A stretch of 64,000 nt of DNA from assembly GCA_040217195.1 (NCBI GenBank), contig JAVJNR010000004.1, positions 384,001 to 448,000 of the forward strand, given 5' to 3'. The position numbers and the translations under genes were made by a program. This document shows positions 62,932 to 64,000 of the stretch, one piece after another; positions within the stretch are counted from its first letter, which is position 1; every line of letters starts with the position of its first letter. This DNA is from Leptospiraceae bacterium (lineage in GTDB: Bacteria; Spirochaetota; Leptospiria; Leptospirales; Leptonemataceae). The notes beneath the pieces were generated by a model. It was not told where the DNA came from. It saw nothing but the letters and a program-made list of their open reading frames with translations, and ran no database searches.

Positions 62932-64000
62932 TTAGACGCCTTCGCCCTCTTCCCGATCCGGCACATGAAAGAGCTGCCTCAATTGCAGGGACCATCTTGT
63001 GATAATCGTATAAAGTACAGGCACCAGAATCAGAGTTACCCCTGTGGAAAACAGAAGCCCCCAGGCAAAGGACAATGCCATGGGTACAATGAATGGATCC
63101 TCCCCACCAATACCGTAAGCGGTGGGTAGCAAACCAAGGACCGTGGTAATGGTCGTGAGAAATACGGCCCGAAGTCGCATGGAGCCGGCTTCCATGGCTA
63201 CCTGTTCCAGAGGAAGGTCCGGATTCTCTTTATGAATACTATTTGCAAAGTCGATCAGTACGATGGAATCGTTTACCACAACTCCAGAAAGTCCGATGAT
63301 GCCCATCATGGCCAGAAAGCTAAATGGCTCTCCATGTATAGCGAAAGCCAGGATGACACCAATCAAACTGAATGGTACTGAAAGCAGAATTACCAGAGGC
63401 TGAAGCACCGAGCGAAATAAGCTGGCCAGGATCATGAATATGATCACGATTCCAACCAGGAAAGCCTTACCAAGACTGGCCATGGACTCTGCAGTGTCTT
63501 CGTTCTCACCACCCATGGCCATGGAGTAGCCCGGATACTCGTCGATAATACCCTGTGCAAGCTCCTGGAATTTGCCGGCAGCCTCAACAGCGGAAGTCTC
63601 ATCCTCATTTATATTGGCCGTTACCTGAACCAGGCGATCACCGTCCAGGTGGCTTATAGAATTGACTCCCCTTTCGCGCACGGTATAGATCAATTTCTTA
63701 ACAGGAATTTGATTACCTGTCATATTCGGAACTTTCGCTGAATAAAGACTATCCAGTTGCTCACGAAACGGGTCATCCAGCATAACTCGAATATCCACTT
63801 CTTCGTCCGGCCTTCGCACCGAAGTGGCCACAACACCATCAAAGGTTGCATTGACTGCAATGGCAACGCTGGAAGCATTGATTCCGGTTTGAGCAAGTAC
63901 CTGTTCATTGAACTTGATCCGCTCTTCCATCTTGCCGGGTTCATTGGAGTCTTCAATGTCCATTACATAGGGAACCTTTGTAAGCACCTCTTTGTATCTT
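62932..64000 (-). CDS. AcrB/AcrD/AcrF family RND permease, C-terminal part (truncated by window edge)
   Basis: GVVVNDSIVL, RLRAVFLTTITT, GLLP and LVPVLY motifs. Confidence 0.9.
   Translation of the reverse strand, partial: RYKEVLTKVPYVMDIEDSNEPGKMEERIKFNEQVLAQTGINASSVAIAVNATFDGVVATSVRRPDEEVDIRVMLDDPFREQLDSLYSAKVPNMTGNQIPVKKLIYTVRERGVNSISHLDGDRLVQVTANINEDETSAVEAAGKFQELAQGIIDEYPGYSMAMGGENEDTAESMASLGKAFLVGIVIIFMILASLFRSVLQPLVILLSVPFSLIGVILAFAIHGEPFSFLAMMGIIGLSGVVVNDSIVLIDFANSIHKENPDLPLEQVAMEAGSMRLRAVFLTTITTVLGLLPTAYGIGGEDPFIVPMALSFAWGLLFSTGVTLILVPVLYTIITRWSLQLRQLFHVPDREEGEGV

Overview
Roughly 50% GC chromosomal window from a spirochaete of the family Leptospiraceae, probably not Leptospira itself. 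Support: the 16S signature GGCGGCGCGTCTTAAACATG, a spiro-SPASM gene, an LIC12922-type SurA, an FlbB-like collar protein, a Leptospira-type histone, and a linked 16S-23S unit. Most of it is core genome: ptsI, fliI-fliJ-flbB, aroC, purNH, exbBD, tsaEB, rnr, carA-dusB-surA-spiroSPASM-spsF-spsG, galE, gmd, bioB, trmH, glycerate kinase, gltA, an AlgI-like MBOAT and RND exporters. One rRNA unit (16S-ITS-23S, minus strand) has no spacer tRNA and no 5S. No CRISPR, prophage or IS element was seen. Three items stand out. (1) A secreted His-rich leader ORF ends in RIPPP, and its Pro-Pro-Arg codons are exactly complementary to the Shine-Dalgarno of the downstream CzcA/CusA-type pump gene; this is a candidate metal-sensing ribosome-arrest switch on an operon with no membrane-fusion protein. 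(2) A 61-aa bacterial histone-fold gene. (3) A self-contained operon of three tiny related disulfide-hairpin lipoproteins. Smaller observations include a likely ATT start for fliJ, several leaderless promoters, degenerate enzymes (S41, radical SAM) and a DUF805 nonsense pseudogene. All family calls are by-eye motif recognition; no searches were run.
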